Source: Camelus ferus (taxonomy: Eukaryota). Taken from it: a stretch of DNA of 64,000 nt. The translations under genes were made by a program, and so were the position numbers. Positions 1 to 12,420 of the stretch are shown here, piece after piece. Location of the stretch: positions 69,318,001-69,382,000 of the forward strand of contig NC_045697.1 of assembly GCF_009834535.1 (NCBI RefSeq), in the 5' to 3' direction. The notes beneath the pieces are model-generated. The model saw only the letters and a list, made by a program, of their open reading frames with translations. It was not told the origin of the DNA and did not search any database. The stretch's first letter is position 1, and each line of letters starts with the position of its first letter.

Positions 1-1149
1 TTTTTTAAAACACTGAAAATATTTCAAAGTAACCTGCGCAGCCAGTAAACTTGCCTATAAATGTGATTTCTGCCTAAGAGACCTGCCACATGAAACCAAA
101 TTACACTATTTTTCACAAAACTGACTAGAAGCTGAGGTCCCTCAGGGGCCCAATAGGGAAAAACTCAACTGCTGACCAGGATGACTCAGATGCCTTGAGT
201 GATTACCACTAAAATCTGGTTCAAATTGTGATGCTATCTAGGATCAAATTCACGCAAACCTGCAAGGAAAATAAATGCACCCTACACATGCACTAACAAA
301 GAAAATAAGATGGAAAAGTATGAAGAGACTTGCTTGCAACTCTGACAGGAAATGCAGGAAGGCAACCACCATATGCTGACCTGCCACACACAGATCTGAA
401 CAGAAGCCTCACTGACAAGAATCTCGCCATGATCAACACTAAATCACAACTTAAAATCACAAGTCTTAATGGCAAAACAATTTTTCCAGGAGTTCCTCAA
501 GCTCCTTGTAAAATGAAGTCCAAAATATCTTTCCATTGGCTTGTTTTCCACATCAATAAAGTTTAAATATGAATTCACACTACATTTATCGGTGCCTCCC
601 CAGCACTAATCCCACTATATTGTAATCATGCATCCCCTGCAAACTCTCTGAAGGCAGGGATTATGTTGGCTTTACTGTATCAAAGCACAGTCCCTAGAAT
701 GAAGAGAAGTGTGCATGGTAGCCAAAGAGGCCAAATTACTGCCGTTAATTATGAAGTCCCTACGTGAGACGAAAGCAAAACACACTTCTTGGTACCGTAC
801 AAAAAGAGGGGCAGACCTACTAACACCTAGAACACGGAATATTGTATTTATCCAGAACTCACGGGCTCCTCCTCCCACCATGCCCCCCGCAACCCTAACC
901 CAAATTCAGCTCAAATGAAATAACGTAATTAAGGCAAAGTGAGTTGGAAGTCAAAGCTATGGATGTGATTCCTTTAACTTCTACTTCCTTTTACCAGTTT
1001 GGTCCTTGATTCTCACTTTTACTCTTGACACTCAATACAATTTTCCTTCAGATTGTTTCCCCTTTAGGGACCACAGAGATCCCATTTTAATGAGTAAAAG
1101 GAGGAAAAAAGTTAGCCGCATGGTCCTGACAAGGCAAGGTGGGCTTGGA

Positions 1150-1345
1150 CAGCAGAGAGCCCCAGATTTAAGGTCTGCTCCACCACGCTGCCATAGGGCC
1201 TGTCCATGTTGGTGTCCTCACAGCATCAGTGTCCTCATCAGCGATATGGGAATAGGCAACCAGACCACCATCACGGGGTTGTTGAGAGAAATAAGTGAGA
1301 GGATACATATAAAGTGCCTATAGGGGCCCAGGTCTTGGCAGGTGT
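1150..1345 (+). mobile_element. MIR SINE remnant
   Basis: catcagtgtcctcatcagcgatatgggaat...gttgttgagagaaataagtgag...ataaagtgcct resembles the MIR core and 3' part. Confidence 0.6.
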
Positions 1346-4300
1346 TATAGTAAAGTGCATGGAATATCACTATTATGCACTGCTTCCCCACGCCCTTTCC
1401 CACCCACTGCACAGTCACAGGTCTTTGTGGTATTTACACACAGGCAGACTCAGGGACGCTACCGTTCCTGGCCACAGCTCCCTCCCCGCCCCCACCTTCC
1501 CCTCTCAAACAACCTCCTGAGCCAAAGGCTGTGGAACCCCGTATACCCTCTGGCACCTGAACTTGTTTTGAGGAAAATGAGAAGTGAGACCTTCTAAAGA
1601 CCTTCTGAATTATTTTTCGTATAATAAGGATGTTTGAACTACTACCATCTTACAAAAAGTTAATCAATCCTTCACATTAAATGTAAGCAGTCAAAATGCT
1701 CATCTCTTTTTTTAAAGTTTTCCAGTTACTGAACAGGCGTATGTCTAAGTATTTCTGAAGCCAGAGATGATGTATAACACTCAGACCTGCCTCCCAAGCA
1801 TCTGCACGGTATGTGGTCCTTAATACAAGCTCAGTAACTGCTGAATGCACAAATAAGCAGCGGGTAAGAAAACATTTATCAACAAGGAACAGACACAGCA
1901 GAAAGTACACACGGTTTTCCCTTTTACCTGCAGACTTTCCAGTTCAAAGTCAGTGACCAATGTCCAGAATCCTGTGTCCTAGCGAAAAAAACGATTTCCT
2001 AGCTTAAAGTCTCTTTTTAAAGATGCTGTGATTGCCTCAGGCTAACTTGTCCATATCCCAAGTTTTCAAGAAAAAAGCCTAAAGGACATCTTGTCTCCTC
2101 GTACTAGGGGTCCATGGTGGCTGTGAAGCAAGACATACAGGACTTCAGAAAGTTGGAGGTACCAAGAGAACCAATGTGCCCTGAATGACAAGGCACACTT
2201 CGGACAACTTATCCTCAGAGCACCCACGGATCCAGAATGGATCTAATTCCTTCTATTAACAGCAAATACCAAGAAGAGGAGAGTTAGAATTTGAGGACGT
2301 CATGCCTCCCCAGTCCAGTTTCCCAAGTTGACTGGTGGCTGGTGGCTGGCTTCACTCAAGAGAATAGCATTCCTCTTACACTTCCTTCACATGCCTTTAC
2401 CTCTAACAGGTCAGGACTGATGCTGAAAGAGCCCTACACTTGGAGTCAAGAAATCTGATTTTCCGTCCAGACTCGGCCCACAAGAGAGGCATGCTTTGGG
2501 CGGTCTCCTCACCTGGCTGGTAAGACTGTAGAAGATAGTGAGAGTTCACTGCTGCACCATGACATGCAGCCTCCGGATTCAGCTTGGACAACGAGCAAGT
2601 TTTGCTCTCTGGCTGCTGACTGAACCTTATTTTCAAATCTTGCTTCTCAGTCTCCTGAACAAGTTGGCCTGAGAAACTAAGAGGCCACAAAACAATCTGG
2701 AAGAACGGTGCTTTAAACAAAGCAGTGAGAGGCGAGATTCCCTAGTGGTAGGACTGGAATGCAGTGTCAATTGGTAGCTGTCTTCCCATGTGCTGGTGCT
2801 GCCAAAGGCATCAGGGAAGTTCTTTAAAAGCAGTCTCAAGGCATCGGAGGCCAGACTCAGATTTTCCTTTGAAATCTAGATAAAACCGCTTGCAGTTAAT
2901 TTAAAAGTAGTATCCTGGAACTATTCCAAGAATAAAATCTCTCTCACTTTTTCTCCTTCCTCTCTTCTCTACGAACCACTGGAGACGTTTTTGGAAAAAT
3001 CCAACCTTTCCCCATTAACTGCCTTCTCAGCGTGAAGAAGCCATGCTGAAGATTTGCAGCAGGCCTTAAGCAATTTCTGAGCCAGGGCATCGTTTCCAAG
3101 GTAACAAGTAAAAGAAAAAAGCAGAGATAGGTCTAGCACATTTAATATGCAGATGAACTAGGTCACTCAGTAGCATTTCACTAATAGGCAAGGCAAAAGA
3201 TTAAAGCCTTCTATTCTTTCGCCTCCATTTATACTAGGAGGGATTTATCAGAGGCTTTTACAACAGACATAATGATTCTCCTTTGGCAACGTGGATTCCA
3301 AAACACAAAACTCCAAAGAGAGTTTGTTACAGTTAATCAGGCGAAAAGGAGCTTCTGTTGAGAAAAGTCTAAATGGAAAAAGGAATGGGGGGTCCTGGAG
3401 CACTGGACCTAATTCTAGACACTTGTCCCTGCAGTTCCCTTACAGATAACCAACAATGGCACAACACATGCACCCTGGCCAACTCTCCCCACGATCAGCG
3501 GTCAGAAGCCCCACCCTCATCTTCCCACCAAGCCAGTGGTGTGCACAAGAAACTGGCAGTTCCCCAGCTGGAGGGGTGACATTGGCTTCCAAACGGGGAA
3601 GGGAAGCCAAGGAGGTGGTGCTGTGTCCAGCGCCTGGACAAAGGCAGGGGACTGAACCCATTGGCAGTTGGGAGGCAGAAGGGATCAAAAGCCAAGGGGA
3701 AGGGGCTGAGGAAGGGTAGCTTCTACTCCGACAGACATCCTCCGATGGCCAGCATGCAGCACTGCCCACCGCACATGCCAGCAGCTGCTTCCCAGCCTTC
3801 CTTCAAGAAGGATGAAAGAAGCCAAAGGAGGGGTGGGGGCTGGGGGAGTGGGTCAGCTCTGAATACTGCAGTAACAGAAACAAATAGATGCTCTGGAGGG
3901 ACACGGGCAGAGAAGAAACACTCGTGTGTACCAGTGGTCCAGTTAGAGAGCCCGGCTTGGCACAGGCAGGGCCAGGCTCCCGCAGCTACAGAAGCCTGAC
4001 GCTCTGGGACACCAGGCTCTCTACTGTTCTGAGTTGCTAACAAAGACCCATTGTGCTTTCCCGGGCAGCCCTGCTGCCAATTTGTCTCACACCTTCCAAA
4101 GAGGCCTAATTATTAGTCTCTTCCTCGGCTGTCTGCCTTTTTCTCAGCTCCTTGAAGAGTAAACATATTTCGCTACTCTGAAGGCAGTGGGCAGGGATGG
4201 GGGAGACATGAGCAAGGCAGGAAGAGGGACTCCTTCCGTGCAGACCTCAGAGAGGCCAGGCACTCACGCCATCTCCTTAAAGACCACGGCACTTGGACCC

Positions 4301-4866
4301 CAGTCCACAAGGCCCAGCCATTTCCATGTTTTCTAATAATAATCAGCCCCTTTGGCATTTATTTCCCTGAAGGTGCTCCCTACACTTCCCACCTGGTCCT
4401 TTTACCTTGAGTTCTTAAATGAAACCCATGGCCAGCCTTCCGTCCTCCAGCCGAGCACAGGCCTATACTGTCTACTCTGCAAACTGGATATTCTGTGTCC
4501 CACTTTTAGGAGTCCTTTCATTTTCCTGTTTTGTAAAAGTGGCCATGTCTCAGAGTTGAAAAGGAATTAACTTCATCATGTCCTGAAGGATGAAAAAATA
4601 AAACAGAGTGCCATTAGGCTTCTAAGACGTCACTGAGGCTTTTAATTGAGCCAGTGGTGCCAACGGCACACCGACAGGTGATCGGTGACAGAGCACAGGG
4701 AACCACAAAATCTGTCTCCACCATATGTTTCACTAAGTAAAGAAAGGGAAGTGCTGGGTATTGACTTCAATTTTTTTTTCTTAACTCTGTTCCTGAGTCT
4801 GTTGCTTCTGAAAAAAGAAATTTTTAAATTACCATTGCCCATTTTTAAAGAACCTCTTTTCTCTTT

Positions 4867-5055
4867 TTTTTTTTTAACATTTTTATTGATTTATAATCAT
4901 TTTACAATGTTGTGTCAAATTCCAGTGTTCAGCACAATTTTTCAGTTATTCATGGACATATACACACTCATTGTCACATTTTTTTCTCTGTGAGTTATCA
5001 TAACATTTTGTGTATATTTCTCTGTGCTATACAGTGTAATCTATTCTACAATTTT
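4867..5055 (-). mobile_element. Young 5'-truncated L1 3' end with perfect 17-bp TSD
   Basis: Poly(T) then L1 3' UTR (tttattg...tttacaatgttgtgtcaaattccagtgt...ctgtgctatacag); gaacctcttttctcttt at 4850-4866 and 5056-5072. Confidence 0.9.
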
Positions 5056-5489
5056 GAACCTCTTTTCTCTTTACAGGGGTCTTTCAACTTATTTTCACTC
5101 TTTGTAAAAACCTTCCAGTTTTCCCATTATTCCCAAAGCTTGAAAATACAGGACAAAGCTAAGAGGATTAAACAATGGAAAAAGAAAGCCAAAGAAAGTC
5201 CAGTCATGATATTCATAGAGATGAGTCTGTCCTGGGGAATACTGAGCTGTCCTAAAAGAGCCTCACCAAAGGGACATTGAAGCTTTCCAATTACTTGTAT
5301 GCTCTCAGAAGACTTCAAATGCTGTTGCTCCAACGTGAGCCCTGAAACCAAGTCATGGAATTTACCTACAATAACATCTCACATCAAAGCACAAGAGTGC
5401 TTTGTGATGTGTCTTCATTTATAATGTATCATTATAAATATCACATTTTTTTTTTTTTGATAAAAACCCTAGGTTTGCTGGAAAGTAAA

Positions 5490-5640
5490 CTACTACTATC
5501 ACACTCTACAGATGAGAAAAGCGAGGCCCAGAACAGGTGAGAGGCCTGGAAAATGATATACAGCTACAAGGTGGGAGTCTGTGACTAGGCTCCACACCCT
5601 TGGCCCCTAATCCAGTGCTGGTTCTGCAACACTCCTGCAC
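5490..5640 (-). mobile_element. MIR remnant
   Basis: tacagatgagaaaagcgaggcccagaacaggtga core. Confidence 0.55.
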
Positions 5641-6809
5641 AATGCTCCCTACGTGAGCCGAAATTCCCCCTGGACCAGTCCATGTTGGAAACAAGACATA
5701 TCTTACTTTTAATACCAGACATCTGTAGGCCACCACAGCGTAATTTCCGGCATAGTAAACGCTGGTTGGCAAATTGGGGTGGGCATATTTTTGCAATATA
5801 TTATATCTTAAGGGTCAACTAATTTCCTGGAACTAAAACCAATCCTGGCCTGGAAGCACCACTGAAGCACCCCCTACCCAACCCAAGAGGGTGTTTAACA
5901 GGCAGATCAACAGCCCGACTTAGAGAAGAGGCCGAAATACTCCCAGGGCTTTCGCTTGAGGCCTCTGATGATGGCACTAACAGACAAAGGAAGAGAGGCA
6001 ATTATCAAAGAATTTAATTCCCCATAAACACCAATTTGGAGTAATTGATGAGAGGGTGAGGGGCGCCTTTCTTTCCTCCTTAGCAGATTTCTTTATATTA
6101 GCTGGATAATTGCTTCCGTTCTTCAATTGCCTAGACCCACAACTGGGGACTGGCTCACTATCCACATGCAGACTACCAGAATTAGACTCAAAACAGAAAC
6201 ACCGATGATATATTTAATAATTAAGCTTTTTACAAATGCTTTACCCTGGCACAAAAATTTTTCTTGCCTTGTGTGAAGTGTTTCCTCTGACTCAAGTGTA
6301 AAATGTTGGAGCAAAATGCACCGAATCTCTATCTGGCGTCACAGTGTCCACAGAAACATATCAAGAAAATGTTGTTGCAAAGATGGGGATTTTTTCCTCT
6401 TCTTTTTTTTTCTTTCTCTTTTAAGAATCTGCTGAGTTATGATTTCAATAGCACATCAAGCTCCATTCACACATCACACCTCCTCTCTCCCTCGCTGCAA
6501 TCACAAGGTAATGAGCCTCGCCAATCAGATTTACTCTCAGCCTCCCAGCCTGCTGTCTGCAATTCCAGGCACGTGGCTGCATACTGAAGGCAAGGCGCCC
6601 AACACAGGCCAGGAAATGAAGGGGCCCCACCTCCATTTCAGAAGGTATAAGGAATTAACAAACATTTAGCACGTGGCCTCAAACTCTCCTCGCCTCACTC
6701 TCACGGTTCAAGCACTGTATAAAATGAGTATGGTGCTACCGGACATACAGTCATATGCACGTAATACAGACCAGAACCAGGAAGCTACCCAACAAAGAAA
6801 GGAAATGCA

Positions 6810-7000
6810 CTCAGGTTTACCAAGTGCCTATTATGTGCCAGGCACAACGCCAAGCACTGCCCCTCCTTTTATCTCATTTTCCAGAAAACTCTGTCAAGTG
6901 GATACCCCTAGTTTACAGATGAGGAAACTGGCTTAAAACATAAATTATCTTACCGAAGGTCACACTGCTGGCCAGCGCTGGGTCAAACTCCAAGTCTAGT
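6810..7000 (-). mobile_element. MIR remnant
   Basis: tattatgtgccaggcac...tttacagatgaggaaactggc...aaggtcacac. Confidence 0.75.
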
Positions 7001-8024
7001 GTAATTTCTACTTATTACCTAAACCAAGGGAAATGGTTTAACCTAGTGACCAGTATTAAGAAAAGCCTACAGCTGATCTTTAAGAAGCTTAGAACTGTCT
7101 GTGATCTGATCTGTTTCTCTGAGGACAGGATGACTCTAGGCCATAAGCAGTCTGCCAATACAGTGGGGCTTGGTCTTGGATTCCAAGCAGAACTCACCCC
7201 CTAGAAAATCCAACAACCCATCCTCAACCACTTCAATTCATGTTTTGCAAGCCAAACATACAATATACTGATTTCTTCGGACAATTCCCTTTAATTTGGG
7301 TTTCATCAAATTTAGGTTTACCTTGACAAGATAATAGCTCTGAAATTTTGAGATCTTGAACCATGAGTTCTTCAAATAACCAGCCATCAATGCAGGAAAC
7401 AAAGAAGGCTAGAAGGAACATACATTTTGGGTAGTTCAGTAAACCTCAAATATCTGTGTGTGCATCACACAGGAAATCAACTTCCCTCGTTTTTTGTCTT
7501 CAGTGATAGCCTAATAGAAACCAGCCTCTTTGCCCTGCCAGGTTTCTCCTGTATTTTGTGTTTTCCCTTTATTTCAGGTAGATGAGAGATAGTCTGTTTT
7601 TCTAAGTTCAAAAGCAGGAACAACAGGAACTGAAGTTATTTAACATAGAAGCATCAGGACAGAAGGAAAATGTGCCAGAAAATAATTCTGTCCTGTTGTT
7701 ATTTATGCTTTTCAAACAATAAAGTACAAAGTTTGCCAAAAATCTACAGGAAAATCCTGTTTAAACATACACTTCAAAAAATCTCTAAAAGCTTTCTGAA
7801 AATAGCACATAATCCAGAAGGCTGTTTAGAAGGAATCAAAATGGACCAATAATATAAAAGTGCAGATATTCCCAATTTCATACAGATAATCTAAAAAGTC
7901 ATTTTTAATTGGTCTTTTAAACTTAGAAAGTAGTACCTGTCTACAGAAACAAGGTAATAATTAGTAGTAATATTTTTAAAGAAAAACTACAAATGTCTAC
8001 TTTTTAACAGATACATCTAAAAAA

Positions 8025-8560
8025 GCAACTCTGAGGTATAATTTATTTAAAATACACTCGTTTAGAATGCGCAGTTAAGTGTGTTTTGACAATTATATTC
8101 ACCATGTAATCATTCCACCTCAAGATATAGAACAACCCCAGCACCGAAAAAAAATTCTTTCATTGGCATAATCCCCCCATGCCAAGCCCCAGACAACCAC
8201 TCATCTGCTTTCTAAAAATACAGTCTAGTTTTGCTAGCCCCAGAACTTCATATAAATGGATTCATGCAGTATGTATTCCTTTGTGTCTCATTACTTTGGG
8301 CGTAGAGTTTCTGAGACTCAGGCGTGCCGTTGTGTATACCCATAGCTCAGTCCTTTTTGCTGTTGTTGAGCAGGATTCTGTTGTATGGATATACCACCGT
8401 TTGTTTCACTGGATGATGACACTTGGATTCTTTCTGGTTTGGGGCTCTTATGAATAATGCTGCTGTGAACATTCACAAGTAAGTCTTTTTGTGGACACAT
8501 GTTTTAATTATCTTAGGGAACTAAGTCATTTTCCAATGTGCCTGTGCCATTTTACATTGC
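8025..8560 (-). mobile_element. Old L1 (L1M class) 3' fragment
   Basis: gaacttcatataaatggattcatgcagtatg...gaataatgctgctgtgaacattcac...cattttacatt are typical antisense L1M 3' motifs. Confidence 0.8.
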
Positions 8561-10974
8561 GATTAATGCTAAAGTTTAAAAGCTGACCCACAAATGTCTT
8601 TTCAGTCTGCTGTGGGCCTGATATTATCACTACTGGGATGGTTTAAAAAAAAAAAAGCCTGTGCCATCTTTCTATTGGCAAAACTAGAAACACTTTGCCC
8701 ATTTCAAAATTTTTTGACAAAGCCCCACTTATGCACCTCTCCTTCACTCCCCTAGTCTCCACAGATGCCTCGGTGCTCACAGCCCTCACACTAACCTTAT
8801 TCCAAATCCCTGAGGAAGCGACAGAACTAGCCTGTCTCTCTTCCAAAGTGTTCCATTTCCTAAAGCTACGATTCTTTCCCTCCCCTTCCTCTCCTACAAA
8901 TCAAAACTTCTGCCTCTGTTTTACTGTTCAAGTTTAGGAATCAGGAAGGCAATCGGATTAAAAGCACCTTCGGATGAAGGACTGGTAACCCTTAAATGAA
9001 GATGTTCAAATAAAGGTTAAAGAAATGACTGTCTCTATAATTCACAATAGTGCTCTTATGCCACACGAGTCCCTAACGTGTATGACATACAGCCGTGCAA
9101 TCAAGTAGAGTGAAATAATGAAAGGTGGGTGTCTAAGGTAAGGCAGGAGAAGATTTACTTTCTCATTTTAGGATAGAAAGTTCACTGTGTTTGTAAGCTA
9201 GACCTGCCTTGTGACAGTCTCTGTCTACCAAAGTTATTTCCATTTTTCACAGTTTCTTTCCTTCTTCTATACCTCTGAATTCACAAATTCTCCAAAAAGT
9301 CTCAGGTTCTTTGTACATCAGAACCCATAGTAATGGCCAGCATGGCGGTGGCAATAGGATATCTATCATTTGTAAGCTGGATGTTGCCATCTATGCTAGA
9401 ATCAGATCTTCAACAATCATTTTGCCTACTAGCTCCTTTCGACTTCACCCTGCCAGGCACTTTGCTGGTACTATGGCCTTCTCAACCCTAGCAACAAATA
9501 CACACACACCTCGCTGAAGAATCCCCCAGCCACATCATTAACATCACATGTTTTCATGATGTTCCTCAAGGCCTATTACAAAAGATCGGATTTCAGAAAC
9601 TCAAGCCTAAAAGCAATTTTATTATCAAAACAAGTCTGCTGTCGGTAGACAGCAAGCCTAAAACCATGATGAGCTAGCCACCTTGCACTAGGGCAGGGAA
9701 GAAAAAGAGAACCGGTGCCTTGATACATCACTGCCACTGGATTTTGTCTTCTACTATCTCAACTCTCATGAGTAAAGTTACCCAGAGAACTTAGATATCA
9801 GCCAGGAAATGGATAAACCACTTGTGGCTTATGCAACTGTCTTAAGAGTTCTAGTGGAACACACACTTTCAATGGGGATCGAACTCTTTCAGTGAAATCA
9901 TGTAAAGTTACCGTACCGCACAAGAGTCCAGTGTAACTCAGTGGGTGGACCCTGCGGCAGGTCACAGACACAGCTCTCCCTCGTAGTGGAATGACAACCA
10001 GTGCCACCCTGACTCCTCAGCATCTCTTATCTCCCTCCCCTGCTACTTACTCTGGAGCTTGAAACCAGCTCCAGCCATTAGAGAATAGAAAAGCCACAAA
10101 GCCCCGCTAATCACTTCTGAGTTGTGCAGACTCTAAGGCAGCTCAATCTTAATAGGCACTTGAGAAACAATTACTTTCTTGAATTTCGGGAACAGTTTGG
10201 TCCTTTTGAACTACCACTCAGTTCGCCTGCCATTTCCTTGTCCCTGATTGATGCTTACTTAGCCTTGGGAACTGTATGAAAATAGGGTGAGCCAGGATGA
10301 AGAGAGAGAGGGGATATCAGCACTTTCCATCACCCAGCACTGCAGTGAGCTCCGGGTGCTCTGCGAGTAGGTGGTGCTGCCACACGACGCAAGCTCACTA
10401 CTGTCACTCCAGAAGACGAGGCCAAAGCTCGGGTTCATATAATAACTCTCCCCATCACCAGTCACACGAACTTCAAATGTGCGCTCTGCTTAACACGAAA
10501 CAAAAAAAGTTACTTTAGTCAATTCCTAGGCTTGCTCAAGATTTCTTTCCACAAAAATGAACGTTTTGTAATGCTAAGCAGATTCTTACCCTGAAAATCA
10601 TTCCAACATCTCATCAACACAACAGTCAATGCTTCTTGGACACCATGTCACTCTGGAACTGAAGAGCTGAGATGGATCAGCAATGAATCGACTTATAAGA
10701 CAGCTAACATGACATGAGCCAGAGCAACAGGAAGAAGGCATGGAAGGACTGTGAAGTCACCGCCCTACCATAATCCAGGCAGTGGGATTAGTACTCGAAT
10801 AGCATATGTCATCTGAGGTTCCAAATGTCGTCTGAGGTCCCAATTTTCAAGACAGGTGAACAAACTGGGACAAGCCCAGGAGGCTTACATTGAGGGAAAG
10901 ATGTGCTTCCAAACGTGTAAAAAAGTTTTACAACTATCCTCAAAACCCAGAGAGAAGGGAAATGGAAAAGAGTA

Positions 10975-11130
10975 TCTCTTGAGCACATATTATGTTCCTA
11001 GTACTCTTTAGAGGACTCTTCATTTCATCTCTAATACCACCTTAAAAAGCAGGTTTCATGCCTTTTGCACAAACCGTGGAAACTAAGGCTCAAATATATG
11101 AAGCAGTTTGCCCAGAGATACCTAACTAGC
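10975..11130 (-). mobile_element. MIR remnant
   Basis: ttgagcacatattatgttcctag...ggaaactaaggctca...tttgcccagag. Confidence 0.6.
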
Positions 11131-11917
11131 CTCCTCAACCCTCTCTCCCACTTAGACGTACCCTTACGTATTCAACTGCTACCAGACTCGGCAAACTCAG
11201 CAGATCCAAAACTGAATTCATGCTCCATTTGCTCCACATTTTACATATTATGTAATCTGTTAAATATTTTAAATAACTATTCCCACAAAAGAAGACAGTT
11301 CTTGATTTAACAATTAAGAGCAGGTTATTACTTATGCTTCTTCATGCTCCTTCCTTCTGGGGTTTTCTTTTTTGGTAATTTTTTGTTGTTGTTAAATCAA
11401 AGAACTGTTTCACAAAGTCTGGTGGTCTACTGACATCATCATAAACCCTGAGGCTTGAGAGAGTCAAACAAACATTTTAAGTAACCCTGAAGCAGTAACT
11501 GGATTATCAGCATCTCAGGGAAAAATATGTCAATAATCGAGCAACGGCTTGGCTAAAGTTTAGTACTGGAGGCGTGAGTTAATTCACCAAAAAGGATGTG
11601 GCATCATCACCCTTCCAGAGCTGGTACCGGGACCAGTCTGTGGACAGAGCCCCCAGAATACAACCGCTGCAGGTGAGAAGAGCGGAAAGGTCCCTCTGCC
11701 CACCTGCGTCTTCCCACGGGAGCCGCTCTCACTGGGCTCTCCTGTGTGACTCTCCTGAGCCTTTAGCCCAAAGAATGCCCAGAAGACAACAGGTATACAA
11801 TGTTTAAGCAAAATATTCTACAGGAGACTGTAGTTCATTTATAAGGCTAACTTTAAATGCCTTGTGTTTATACAGCCTTTAAATGGCTCAGCCCGTAACT
11901 GCTAATCTCCCTCAATA

Positions 11918-12058
11918 CAGCTGAGCCTTGGGCAAGGTTGGGGTTAGTTGAGCCGACCCTCTGTGGAGTCAAAAAAGCCCGTGTCAGCTCTCTATATCCA
12001 CGGTTCCCCTTATCCGCGGATTCAATCACCCGCGGATGGTGTAGTACCACAGTACTGC
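11918..12058 (+). mobile_element. Tigger-family (TcMar) DNA transposon fragment, Tigger1-like
   Basis: ta|cagctgagccttg...ccgaccctctgtggagtcaaaaaa...tatccacggttcc...atccgcggattcaatcacccgcggat resembles the left end of Tigger1-derived elements. Confidence 0.7.
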
Positions 12059-12161
12059 ACTCCATCCCTGTGAGTAACCATAGGAAGAACCAATTTTCAA
12101 TGACTTCTAAACAGTCTACCAATAGAGATGCGCATGTGTGAATTTAAAATTCACCCATTTT

Positions 12162-12353
12162 TTAAACAAGGTCCTACAGTATAGCACAGGGAACTATATG
12201 CAATAGCTTGTCATAGCCTATAACGAAAAAGACTATGAAAAGGAATATATATGTACGTTTAACTGAATCACTACACTGCACACCAGAAATTAATACAACA
12301 TTGTATAATGATTATACTTCAATTAAAAAACTGCAAAATAAAATAAAATAAAA
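12162..12353 (+). mobile_element. 5'-truncated L1 3' end with 17-bp TSD
   Basis: acaaggtcctacagtatagcacagggaactata...tatacttcaattaaaaaa plus (AAAAT)n tail; taaaattcacccatttt at 12145-12161 and 12354-12370. Confidence 0.9.
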
Positions 12354-12373
12354 TAAAATTCACCCATTTTAAG

Positions 12374-12376
<3 letters not shown>

Positions 12377-12418
<42 letters not shown>
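12377..12418. repeat. (GT)21 microsatellite
   Basis: Perfect dinucleotide run. Confidence 0.97.
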
Positions 12419-12420
<2 letters not shown>

